26,553 nucleotides of DNA from a virus (taxonomy: Duplodnaviria > Caudoviricetes). Shown here one piece after another: positions 6,751-14,556 of this stretch. The stretch's first letter is position 1. Each line of letters opens with the position of its first letter. The stretch is taken from positions 1 to 26,553 of the IMG/VR virus record IMGVR_UViG_3300032093_000719; one strand, given 5' to 3'. The notes beneath the pieces were generated by a model. The model searched no databases. It worked only from the letters and a program-made list of their open reading frames with translations, and was not told where the DNA came from. A program made the translations under genes and the position numbers.

Positions 6751-6770
6751 CATCAAACAACAATGATGAA
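6714..6770 (-). ncRNA. Candidate antisense small RNA or 3' UTR regulator
   Basis: Unstructured seed UCAUCAUUGUUGUUUGAUGG, complementary to early leaders, followed by the terminator. Promoter-like TTTG-N18-AATCTTTG upstream. Confidence 0.4.
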
Positions 6771-6792
6771 CCGACAAAGATTCGGAGCGAAT

Positions 6793-7008
6793 CTACTCCC
6801 CAAAGAAGGAAAGCGACAAAGGGAGCACAGAAATAGCACACAAAGCTACCAGCGGCCACGTAGCCCCCGACTCAATAATCTCGTAACAGGCTGTAGACGC
6901 AATTAGACCGCCCACCGTTCGCTTCGCGGACCACCGCCGAAGGTCTCCCTTGGTCTTGAAGATTTCGGTTAAATCTAGGCCCTTTAAAATCGATAGTAGC
7001 GGATTCAC
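6793..7008 (-). CDS. Small membrane protein, holin-like (71 aa)
   Basis: GTG start overlaps the upstream stop; RWSAKRTVGGLIA is followed by two hydrophobic segments; last gene of the lysis cassette. Confidence 0.65.
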   Translation of the reverse strand: MNPLLSILKGLDLTEIFKTKGDLRRWSAKRTVGGLIASTACYEIIESGATWPLVALCAISVLPLSLSFFGE

Positions 7009-7163
7009 TTGTTCCGACCCAAGAATACCGCGTTCAGGATCCGCTTCGCGATATCCAGAATCGCGTCGTCCTTCTTGGTCTCCGTGAGCGCCGTAAACGT
7101 TCCCAAAAAGCCTATCAGAGCCAGCAGCAGCTCGGCCCAGTTTTCTGCGAAGAAATCCCACAT
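7005..7163 (-). CDS. Small membrane protein, holin-like (52 aa)
   Basis: Hand translation MWDFFAENWAELLLALIGFLGTFTALTETKKDDAILDIAKRILNAVFLGRNK: TM helix plus TxTKKDD motif. Not in the ORF track. Confidence 0.75.
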   Translation of the reverse strand: MWDFFAENWAELLLALIGFLGTFTALTETKKDDAILDIAKRILNAVFLGRNK

Positions 7164-7180
7164 TTTTGCGTGTTTAGTGA

Positions 7181-8038
7181 TTAAGTAGCCTCTCTAATAA
7201 CGACCTCTATCTTCCTATTGTAGCCGTCGTCGTCCATTCTTCGTGCAGGTTTCATATCAACCCACCACCCTCCGAGGCGCGGCTTCTGGAATCCCTTCTC
7301 TACCTCCCATCCCGCGAACCGGTCCAGCTCCTTGTAGCTTCCGAGTTTTATGTGGTGTACTACCCCGTCCCGGATCCGTCCGTACTTGTTAATCCTTTCG
7401 ACGGTAATCGGTACGTGCCACTTCTGGTGGGTGTGGCCGCTGACTATCATATCTGCGTCGGGCCATTCCTTCTGGTCTATATCCACCGCAAGGACTCCCT
7501 TCGACCTAGGCGCGTTCCCTCCGTATCCGTGGTGAAAGTGCAGCTTGTAGGTGCAGTCCGCTGCGCGCTTCCTTCCGGTAGTCTCAGTGAACCGAAAGAA
7601 GATCCACCCGGCGTAGCTTCCTACGTGGCCCGCTCCTAGCAGAGCCGAAAGACGGTCCAGAGGCGAAGTGCTCAACCTCTTTTCAATATTCGTCTCGTGG
7701 TTCCCGCGGCCGAAGAACTTTATCTGATTCTTGTACTTCTTCAGGTACTCGGCAGAATCCTCTATCACGTCGTCGAGGTACGTAATGGACTTGTACTCTG
7801 GACGTAGCCCGGAGTAGCTTCTGCGAGGGTCGTACATCCCCTGCATGAGGTCGAACCAGTCGCCAAAAACAAGAACACTCGCGTTGGTAGCGAGTGCTGT
7901 ATCGAGGTGTTTTGTAAGTAGGTCCCGGTCGCAGTGGGTCGAGTCGAAGTGAACGTCCGAAATCAAAAGAAACCGGCCTACCTCTCCGGGAAGCAGGCTA
8001 GGTTCTATCATGTAGACGGTGGGGTAAAGCTGCTTCAT
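7181..8038 (-). CDS. Calcineurin-like metallophosphoesterase
   Basis: All five motifs present: SDVH, GDWFD, GNHE, HHG, GHTH. Confidence 0.9.
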   Translation of the reverse strand: MKQLYPTVYMIEPSLLPGEVGRFLLISDVHFDSTHCDRDLLTKHLDTALATNASVLVFGDWFDLMQGMYDPRRSYSGLRPEYKSITYLDDVIEDSAEYLKKYKNQIKFFGRGNHETNIEKRLSTSPLDRLSALLGAGHVGSYAGWIFFRFTETTGRKRAADCTYKLHFHHGYGGNAPRSKGVLAVDIDQKEWPDADMIVSGHTHQKWHVPITVERINKYGRIRDGVVHHIKLGSYKELDRFAGWEVEKGFQKPRLGGWWVDMKPARRMDDDGYNRKIEVVIREAT

Positions 8039-8466
8039 GGAGGGGTGTTAGGATTGAGCTTCATATCTGCGAACTTCTCTCCGACTTTGAAGGACGGGCA
8101 CGCTTTCTGGTCGGTGAAATCGTTGTGTCCGAAAACCTCCAGAGCGCCATATTGAGCCCGTAAAGTAGAAACGAGCTTCCTCCACGCTGCTTCCTGTGCC
8201 GCGTTCATCGTGTCCTTCGGCTTCTTGTCCTCTACCCCGCCCACGTAGCAAACTCCCACAGAGTCGGTATTCCAGCCGATTACATGAGACCCCACCTTGT
8301 ACAGCGGCCGTCCCAGCTCCACCTTCCCGTTTAAACGGATCACGAAGTGGTAGCCTATATCCTTCCACCCTTTCCCTTTGTGCCACCCTTTAATCTCTTT
8401 AGCCCCGATATCCATAGATACCGGAGTAGCAGAGCAATGAAGAACGATGAAATCAAGGTTACGCAT
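8035..8466 (-). CDS. Endolysin, N-acetylmuramoyl-L-alanine amidase (T7 lysozyme/Amidase_2 type)
   Basis: IVLHCSAT..GWKDIGYHFVI..GVCYVGG..GHND..KACPSF. Start set at MRNLDF (8466). Confidence 0.93.
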   Translation of the reverse strand: MRNLDFIVLHCSATPVSMDIGAKEIKGWHKGKGWKDIGYHFVIRLNGKVELGRPLYKVGSHVIGWNTDSVGVCYVGGVEDKKPKDTMNAAQEAAWRKLVSTLRAQYGALEVFGHNDFTDQKACPSFKVGEKFADMKLNPNTPP

Positions 8467-8641
8467 TGAAAAGAGATTTGAACCAAGTAACCGCCACCAC
8501 GAACACCCCACCCAGGCTGCCCCACCACTTTACCTCCAGGTCACGGATTTTGCTTTCGTGCTTGTCTAGGCTCTCTTTGTGGAAGTCGAGCTTCGTCTCT
8601 ATCCGCGCGAGTGCGTCCACTACGTCTTCCAGCGTTGCCAT
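8459..8641 (-). CDS. Coiled-coil plus C-terminal TM protein (holin/XhlA-like)
   Basis: LARIETKLD..IRDLE followed by WWGSLGGVFVVAVTWF; immediately upstream of the endolysin. Confidence 0.65.
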   Translation of the reverse strand: MATLEDVVDALARIETKLDFHKESLDKHESKIRDLEVKWWGSLGGVFVVAVTWFKSLFNA

Positions 8642-8690
8642 CTATCCACTTTTTGAGCCGTTCGATATTCGTCTTGCGGTCCTGCTTCAT
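8541..8690 (-). CDS. Small basic hypothetical protein (49 aa)
   Basis: MKQDRKTNIERLKKWIDG...; ATGA-coupled to the adaptor gene; overlaps the next gene by 101 nt. Confidence 0.4.
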   Translation of the reverse strand: MKQDRKTNIERLKKWIDGNAGRRSGRTRADRDEARLPQREPRQARKQNP

Positions 8691-9247
8691 CGGTTAATGG
8701 CGTACGCGTACTCCGGAGTGATCGTAGGACGGTCCCACGAACCCGAGATAGAGAGCCCGCTCTGGTAGTAGCGGAACGGCTGAGCGCAGATACGGTTATA
8801 GAGGTTCGTGCTATACTCGGGAAAGAGGCTCGAGTTCTGGCAGAGGTAGAGGTACATCTGCTGCGTGTAGAAATTCGCGTTCTGGCGCATACGCTCGAGC
8901 TCCCGGTGGTAGTCCGTCTGAGAGATAGCCGTCGTATTTTCAGAAGACCGAATGACCAGCCCTCCGTTGTCGATTTTGACGTACAGGCTCGGCATGAGCT
9001 CTACCATAGTCCACCACGCCGTAGCCTTCCGGACGTAGTTCTCGACCAAAGTCAGGTAGTTCCCCGCGAGGGTGGCCGTAGAAATCTTCGTCCGTAGAGC
9101 GTCGTACAGGTCGGAGCCTAGATATATCTGTACGTTCTTGTCCTGAGCCAGAATTACAGCCTGCGAGATATAGTTCTCATCCACGGCCCCGTTCAGTTGT
9201 GTCACCCGCTTGAGGTAGTTCGGGTTCACGAATAGTACTTCTGCCAT
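8687..9247 (-). CDS. Probable head-tail adaptor/connector
   Basis: 186-aa helical protein (AQD..VQIYLGSDLYDAL) directly after the portal. Confidence 0.6.
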   Translation of the reverse strand: MAEVLFVNPNYLKRVTQLNGAVDENYISQAVILAQDKNVQIYLGSDLYDALRTKISTATLAGNYLTLVENYVRKATAWWTMVELMPSLYVKIDNGGLVIRSSENTTAISQTDYHRELERMRQNANFYTQQMYLYLCQNSSLFPEYSTNLYNRICAQPFRYYQSGLSISGSWDRPTITPEYAYAINR

Positions 9248-11259
9248 TATCTCGGGGTTGTGAATTTGCGAGGTTTCAAGAATCCGCGGTTCTTCATATC
9301 ACGTGGGCGCTGAGCCACCTCCCGGTCATTCTCTTCGATGCGGTTGTCCTTCCTTTCTTCGGGAGGTAGAGACCGGATAATCCGCTGCGCTTCGTTTACG
9401 GAGATGAGCCCGTTATCCTTCTTCAGGTACGTTTGACGCATCCAGAAATGACGGCACGAGCCGCCTCCCTTGTAGAACCATATATCGTAGGTCTTCGCTC
9501 CTTCAGGTCCCCAGCCCGGGTTGACGGCTTGCCTTCCGGCTTGCACGATATCTTCCTTCCGGTAGACCTTCATCGAGTCAATCATGCGTCGGCAGAAGTC
9601 TCGGCTCTTGGAGTCCGAAAGGGTCGTAGGAGCGTACGCGTAACGTACCCGTACGATATCGTTGTCCTGCGAAGACTTGGCCGAAGGGTTATTGCGGAGG
9701 GCACGCGCAAAGCTCCAGAGCGCGTCGTGAGCCTCTTCGCGGTCGTAGTCCACCTCCCGCTCGTCAATCAAAATCCAGTCCTCCCCCATCTCCTCTCCGC
9801 AAGTCTCGAGGTACTCTACGGCCCCGTCGAGGTTGACGTGTTCCGAGAGGTTAAGATTGCCGATTTCCTTCAGCTTCGCCCGGCTCCAAATCAGCGCCGC
9901 TGGCCCTCCCCAAAGGAGGTAGGAGATTGTTCCGCACGCTTCCGTGTCGGATGGGTTGTAGAACTCGCTTGCACGAGAGAGGTACGAGTACATCCGCTGT
10001 ACCGTCTCCTCCGAAATGGCTTCCTTATTTGCGAGCTGCTGGGCGCGCACCTTCCCGGTCTGCGTAGCGCACCGGTTGCCGTTCTTTTCGTTGAGCTCAA
10101 TTCCTTTCTTCGCGTTGTTAGAGACCGAATCCGGGTAATCAGAATAAGACCGGAGGTTGAGCTTCTTTGCTTCGACTTCTTCGAGGAGGGTAGGAGTGGC
10201 TCCAGAAGCGTTTAGAAGGGTCTCTACCGCGTCTTCGAGAATCATTCTGAAGGGTTGCACCACCTGCTGGTCGAAAAGCTCCGCTGAGGCCTCCATTTCG
10301 CTTCCTCCTCCCAACTTCCCCGCCACCATTACGCCGAACATCTGCGGGTTCGTCACCCGGTGGCCGATCATAATCTTCGCGGTGGTTTCCTCCGAGAGGA
10401 ATTGGTACTGCTTGTCTGCGTCCGAAAGGGCAAACGGCTCAATCGTAGGAGCGCGGTCGGGTTCATCCGAGAAGGTCATCCAGAACTTCCCCGCGTTCTG
10501 TGCTCCCGCGGCTTGATTCTCGATATCCCTGCGAATCATGCGGCGTTCCTCGTCCGAAGGGATGCCATTCTTGAAGTGAATCGCAAACGAGGGAGAGAGG
10601 CCGTTCTTGATATTGTTGATGTGGAAGACCGAAATCTCCTTCTCGAGCTCGATATAGTTGATAGCCCCGATATAGTCCGGCTTCGGGTAGTAGTAGCTAC
10701 CTACCGAAAACGGCTTCATGTACAGAATCTGCGTCGGGTATTCGTTCTTGGTCTCTGGATTGAACCGTGCGATAGGAGTCGGCTCCTGCCGCTTGTCCAT
10801 CCAGTCCCTCGAGTAGTAGTACCAGTCGACCACCTCGTCCTCGTCGCAGAATCCCGAGCGTACGTTCTCGAACGGCAGGTGAGAAATATTCGCGATTGTG
10901 CTCCGGTCGAGGCTCCAGTTCACCTCCAGAGCGAAGCCGTTCTGTATTTTCAGATCGATAGCGCACTTCCGGAGTTCGGAATCGAGGTCCCACTGTGCTG
11001 CGAGGAGCTTCGCGTTGAGGTCGGCAGGCTCGAAACCTTCGCCGAAGACCATCATTGCGATAGTCGTGCAGAGCGCGTTGTGGGTCGGGCTCGCGTGGTA
11101 GAGGTCTACCAGATACTGCGGGTAGAGGTTGTCGTCCCCGTAGTTCACCCAGTCCCCTTGCGTACCCTCTCGGTAAGATTTGGGTACGTAGCTCGCGAGG
11201 TTCACGGACTCTACCCTTCCCGGATTTCGAGGGGCTGTTATTCTTTTACTCGTTGCCAT
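9247..11259 (-). CDS. Portal protein with C-terminal fused domains (inserted ~95-aa domain plus MuF-like domain)
   Basis: YGDDNLYPQYL..SPTH..YYPKPDY..FHINNIKNGLSPS..AGAQNAGK..IMIGHRVT is portal-like. Later RDFC..YKGGGSCRHFW. Confidence 0.85.
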   Translation of the reverse strand: MATSKRITAPRNPGRVESVNLASYVPKSYREGTQGDWVNYGDDNLYPQYLVDLYHASPTHNALCTTIAMMVFGEGFEPADLNAKLLAAQWDLDSELRKCAIDLKIQNGFALEVNWSLDRSTIANISHLPFENVRSGFCDEDEVVDWYYYSRDWMDKRQEPTPIARFNPETKNEYPTQILYMKPFSVGSYYYPKPDYIGAINYIELEKEISVFHINNIKNGLSPSFAIHFKNGIPSDEERRMIRRDIENQAAGAQNAGKFWMTFSDEPDRAPTIEPFALSDADKQYQFLSEETTAKIMIGHRVTNPQMFGVMVAGKLGGGSEMEASAELFDQQVVQPFRMILEDAVETLLNASGATPTLLEEVEAKKLNLRSYSDYPDSVSNNAKKGIELNEKNGNRCATQTGKVRAQQLANKEAISEETVQRMYSYLSRASEFYNPSDTEACGTISYLLWGGPAALIWSRAKLKEIGNLNLSEHVNLDGAVEYLETCGEEMGEDWILIDEREVDYDREEAHDALWSFARALRNNPSAKSSQDNDIVRVRYAYAPTTLSDSKSRDFCRRMIDSMKVYRKEDIVQAGRQAVNPGWGPEGAKTYDIWFYKGGGSCRHFWMRQTYLKKDNGLISVNEAQRIIRSLPPEERKDNRIEENDREVAQRPRDMKNRGFLKPRKFTTPR

Positions 11260-11644
11260 AGAATATCACGTTATCGTCAAGGGAGATAGTGGGCAGGGTC
11301 ACAATGCCCGCACCGGGAACCCGCAAAGTACCTTGTTCTACCAGAGCCACCACCGCGGCGTTTAGAGGGTCTTTGTTGCTGCTGGAGTTCTGGATGTACA
11401 CGAAGTAGTCGTAGTCTCCCGATTCGGTCAGGAGGACGTTGTTCGTTGTGGTCGCGTTCGTAGCTACGTCGATTTTCGTGTACCGTGGATTATCGGTAAT
11501 CACGTACCCGACGAAATAGAAGTCCTCTTGGCTCATCCTGTGCACCAGCTTAAACAGGTAGTGCGTGTACGTGTAATCCCTCGCCGCGTCCTGAAGCGTC
11601 AAGTAGATACTTTGAGTACCGCTATTCGAGTTTAAGTACAACAT
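11246..11644 (-). CDS. Hypothetical virion protein (beta-rich; possible head-closure or Ig-like)
   Basis: 132 aa with GDYDYFVY..VEQG; just upstream of the portal. Confidence 0.55.
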   Translation of the reverse strand: MLYLNSNSGTQSIYLTLQDAARDYTYTHYLFKLVHRMSQEDFYFVGYVITDNPRYTKIDVATNATTTNNVLLTESGDYDYFVYIQNSSSNKDPLNAAVVALVEQGTLRVPGAGIVTLPTISLDDNVIFYGNE

Positions 11645-12308
11645 CTCGAGGAATTAGGTGTGCTTCGGGAACTATCTCGTCGAGGTCGTAGTTCTCGGGG
11701 CTGTACTTATAACGAGCGAACGCGCTAACATTGACCGAACTCTTTACATCCGCGACTGTTGGGGTCTGGCTCCAGAAAGGCTCCACTTTCGTCTTCTCCC
11801 ACACGTGCATACGAGAGCACCCGTCGAGGCCTACGTTCCGGTCCGTCCACATCACAGGCACCTTGTCCACTATCCTCCGGCTCATGAACCGTCCAGCCCC
11901 CGAAGCGTATCCACGAAATAGGGTCCCTTCTCGCGTGTCCGCGCGGAACATATAGATGTTTCTGGATCCTGCGAACTCGTGTTCTGCCATGAGCTCGAGG
12001 ATATGCGTCCCGCCTCCGGGAAGGATGAAGTCGTCGGAGCCGAGCTGAAGCATCCAGTCCCAGTCGGCCCCGCGCATCCAGTCGAGAAGTTCGTTGTTCT
12101 TTGTGCCCAGACGCTCGTTCTCGAACCACTTGTAGTTCCACCCGTATTCCTGAGCCAGCTCCTCGTGTTCGTCCTCCGAGACCGCGATATACGGAACCAG
12201 CTCCGCGCCACCTTCGGTGAACTCCTTTTGAATCCTTTTGATTCCTTCGTAACAGGCTCGCGTGAGATCGAGCCGCTTCCATACGGGTATGTGTAGTGCG
12301 ATTTTCAT
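11622..12308 (-). CDS. Glycosyltransferase, GT-A fold (GT2-like)
   Basis: MKIALHIPVWKR start, N..LGTKNN, and MLQLGSDDFI as the DxD equivalent. ATGA-coupled to the upstream GT. Confidence 0.8.
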   Translation of the reverse strand: MKIALHIPVWKRLDLTRACYEGIKRIQKEFTEGGAELVPYIAVSEDEHEELAQEYGWNYKWFENERLGTKNNELLDWMRGADWDWMLQLGSDDFILPGGGTHILELMAEHEFAGSRNIYMFRADTREGTLFRGYASGAGRFMSRRIVDKVPVMWTDRNVGLDGCSRMHVWEKTKVEPFWSQTPTVADVKSSVNVSAFARYKYSPENYDLDEIVPEAHLIPRDVVLKLE

Positions 12309-12958
12309 TCGTAGGTGTGGAATATAGCAGTCATATCTGCGGCTTGCGTTTGCTCCCAAATCGTGGTCCCTTTAGGCGGCGCGATATATCCAAAGTAGTC
12401 CGCTGGATGCCGGAGTGCATAGGCGCGAACGTCAAGGCGTTTCATCTGCCCGTACACGTACAAGTCGGCCCGGTTCCAGTCATGGTTTGGATGGAATTGC
12501 TTGTAGATATCTTCAGGGTAGTAAGCTACACCGGTGCCCGGGATATCTACGCGTACGTTTTCGTCGTTCCTGCGTAGGCAGTGAACCACGTTCTTGCAAT
12601 CGGTCCAGTAGTCGCGTACGCGGTCGGGTACAATCTTCCCGTGATGAGTTAGAATCACGTCCCGAAACAGCTCCGAGGTAGCCACGAAATCCGCGACGTA
12701 GGTAGAGGGATAGATGAGGTCGTCGTCCAGCGTGAGGAAAGCCCGGTAGTTTCCGAACGGCCAAAAGAACTTTCCCCGATCTCCGAGGTTCTTCCCGTAG
12801 TGCCATACCTCTATCTTCTCGTCTAGGAGCTCTGCGGGAATAGAATCGAACCCGTTCAAGCAAAGGAAGAGGCGGTCCACCTGCGGGAGGATGCTCTGGA
12901 CCGAGAGGAGCGATTCCGGGAACCTATCCGGGAGCATCGCCATACCTGCGTAAATCAT
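12305..12958 (-). CDS. Glycosyltransferase, GT-A fold (GT2-like)
   Basis: SILPQVD..LN..GDRGKF..FLTLDDDLIYP..PGTG..ADL. Start set at MIYAGMA (12958), because the track start would run through the terminator. Confidence 0.85.
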   Translation of the reverse strand: MIYAGMAMLPDRFPESLLSVQSILPQVDRLFLCLNGFDSIPAELLDEKIEVWHYGKNLGDRGKFFWPFGNYRAFLTLDDDLIYPSTYVADFVATSELFRDVILTHHGKIVPDRVRDYWTDCKNVVHCLRRNDENVRVDIPGTGVAYYPEDIYKQFHPNHDWNRADLYVYGQMKRLDVRAYALRHPADYFGYIAPPKGTTIWEQTQAADMTAIFHTYE

Positions 12959-12963
12959 ACTGC

Positions 12964-12992
12964 AAAGAAAAGGCCCCGCAGTACGCGAGGCC
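12964..12992 (-). terminator. Rho-independent terminator between the tail tube gene and the glycosyltransferases
   Basis: GGCCTCGC-GTACT-GCGGGGCC followed by TTTTCTTT. Confidence 0.75.
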
Positions 12993-13015
12993 CGTTCTAA
13001 CCAAAACAACCACCC

Positions 13016-13549
13016 TTAAGTCTCCTGCGTGTACGTGAGGTTCGTCGTAGCCGTAATGACCGGTGCGGGAACTTTCTCGCGTGAGGTGAAGGTAAGCGTG
13101 TATCCGTGGAGGTCTCCCATAGCAGCACCCGTAACGATCGTTCCGCCGGTTCCTTCCGCGCCGTTCTTGTAGCCCATCAAAAGCTTCTCGCCGTTCATCG
13201 TTTCCACAATGATAAACAGACGAACCTTCATCAAGTCTGCAAGCTCCGCGCTTACTGCGGCCTCCATCTTTGGAATCGTAACCTCGAGCACTTGCTCGTA
13301 GAATACCGAACCGTTCTCTACGCTGGCGTTGATAGTTTGAGTAAATGAGGCGTTGTTACGCGAAAGCTCGAAGCCGTAGAAAGTAATCGCCTCTGCAGCT
13401 CCCGACAAAGCTCCAGAGGTAGGAGAAGCGGCCCACTTCGAACCGTCCTCGTCGAACGGAGCCGTCCAGAATTTGCGAACGCCACCGATGGCGTCCTTAC
13501 AGGGGAAACCCCGTCCCGAAATTGTGATAGAACAAGCCATGAGTTTCAA
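13016..13549 (-). CDS. Probable major tail (tube) protein
   Basis: 177 aa, beta-rich (CKDAIGGV..NGSVFYEQVL..GAAMGDLHGYTLTF). Co-expressed with the capsid gene and followed by a terminator. Confidence 0.6.
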   Translation of the reverse strand: MKLMACSITISGRGFPCKDAIGGVRKFWTAPFDEDGSKWAASPTSGALSGAAEAITFYGFELSRNNASFTQTINASVENGSVFYEQVLEVTIPKMEAAVSAELADLMKVRLFIIVETMNGEKLLMGYKNGAEGTGGTIVTGAAMGDLHGYTLTFTSREKVPAPVITATTNLTYTQET

Positions 13550-13558
13550 TTTAAGGAC

Positions 13559-13587
13559 AAAAGAGAGGGGCCGAAGCCCCTCCCCTT
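13559..13587 (-). terminator. Stable C(UUCG)G hairpin after the capsid gene (partial terminator or mRNA stabiliser)
   Basis: AAGGGGAGGGGC-TTCG-GCCCCTCTCTTT with only a short U tract. Confidence 0.7.
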
Positions 13588-13601
13588 AATCCGGGTTTCT
13601 A

Positions 13602-14546
13602 TTACGTGGTCCGGCGGAGCAAGCCGTACGAGTTGTGATCCACAACCTGCGTACCGAACGCGAACTTCATGATAACGCGGGTAACGTCGTCACCGGTTAC
13701 GTCGATGAGATCGAGAACACGGGCCTCCGTCAAGTCCGTGAGGAGGTTCGTACCTGCGTACAAGTTCTCCGGGCGAGAGATGAGGAGCGTGTCATTCGGG
13801 AAACCGGCCGGAGTGACAACCGTGTAGCCTGCGTACTTGTCAGCCATCCCTTCTGCCAAGTAGGGCAGGTTGTAGGTAGCAGCCAAAGCGGAGTAGTACA
13901 AGGTCTTGGAGCCGCGGCTCATGTAGATTACTGTTTGCGGGTCACCCTTCAGGGCCGGAGGGCAGTTCGTCGTAGCCAAATTCTCCAGCTTCGAAAGGAT
14001 GTTAGCAGCGGTCAGAGCACCCGTCAAGTTTGCTTCGTAGGTCGGAGAAGCCAAAACCATCTGGCGAAGCAGACCGTTGAACAGCGTGTGGGTAGCGTCC
14101 GTAGCCTGACCCGCATCGATGTTGTAGTTACCCTGCCAGATATTGAACTCGATAGCTTCTGCAGCACGCTTTGCGACGTACTGCCCCGCGGCAGCCTTCA
14201 TGTCCGCCGGAGCGGTAGCAGCAGCGCCCACCATTTGCTCAGACTCCCACGCCATGTGGAGGTCTTTGTTGCAAATCTGGTCGTTGATTTGGAGATCCGT
14301 CAAAGAGAGCGCCACATCCTCAAGAGCCAAAGCCGTGCTGGTCGTGAAGGTGCAGGTAGCCGCAGTAATTGCAGAACCGGAGAACTTCCGCAGCTGTGCG
14401 CGGCCCCGGACGTTGTTCAGGACGGTGACGTAGTTATTCGCAATCGTGTCCGCCGCGAGGATAGCGGGAGCTACGTACGGAAGGGCTTGCTTCCCTACGT
14501 AGTTGCTCGTGATAGCGGCGTTTGCCAAGTTATACTGTTGAGACAT
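13602..14546 (-). CDS. Major capsid protein
   Basis: 314 aa, following the protease and scaffold; ICNKDL..W, EFNIWQG, FNGL motifs; followed by a hairpin. Confidence 0.85.
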   Translation of the reverse strand: MSQQYNLANAAITSNYVGKQALPYVAPAILAADTIANNYVTVLNNVRGRAQLRKFSGSAITAATCTFTTSTALALEDVALSLTDLQINDQICNKDLHMAWESEQMVGAAATAPADMKAAAGQYVAKRAAEAIEFNIWQGNYNIDAGQATDATHTLFNGLLRQMVLASPTYEANLTGALTAANILSKLENLATTNCPPALKGDPQTVIYMSRGSKTLYYSALAATYNLPYLAEGMADKYAGYTVVTPAGFPNDTLLISRPENLYAGTNLLTDLTEARVLDLIDVTGDDVTRVIMKFAFGTQVVDHNSYGLLRRTT

Positions 14547-14556
14547 TTCAGAGAAA

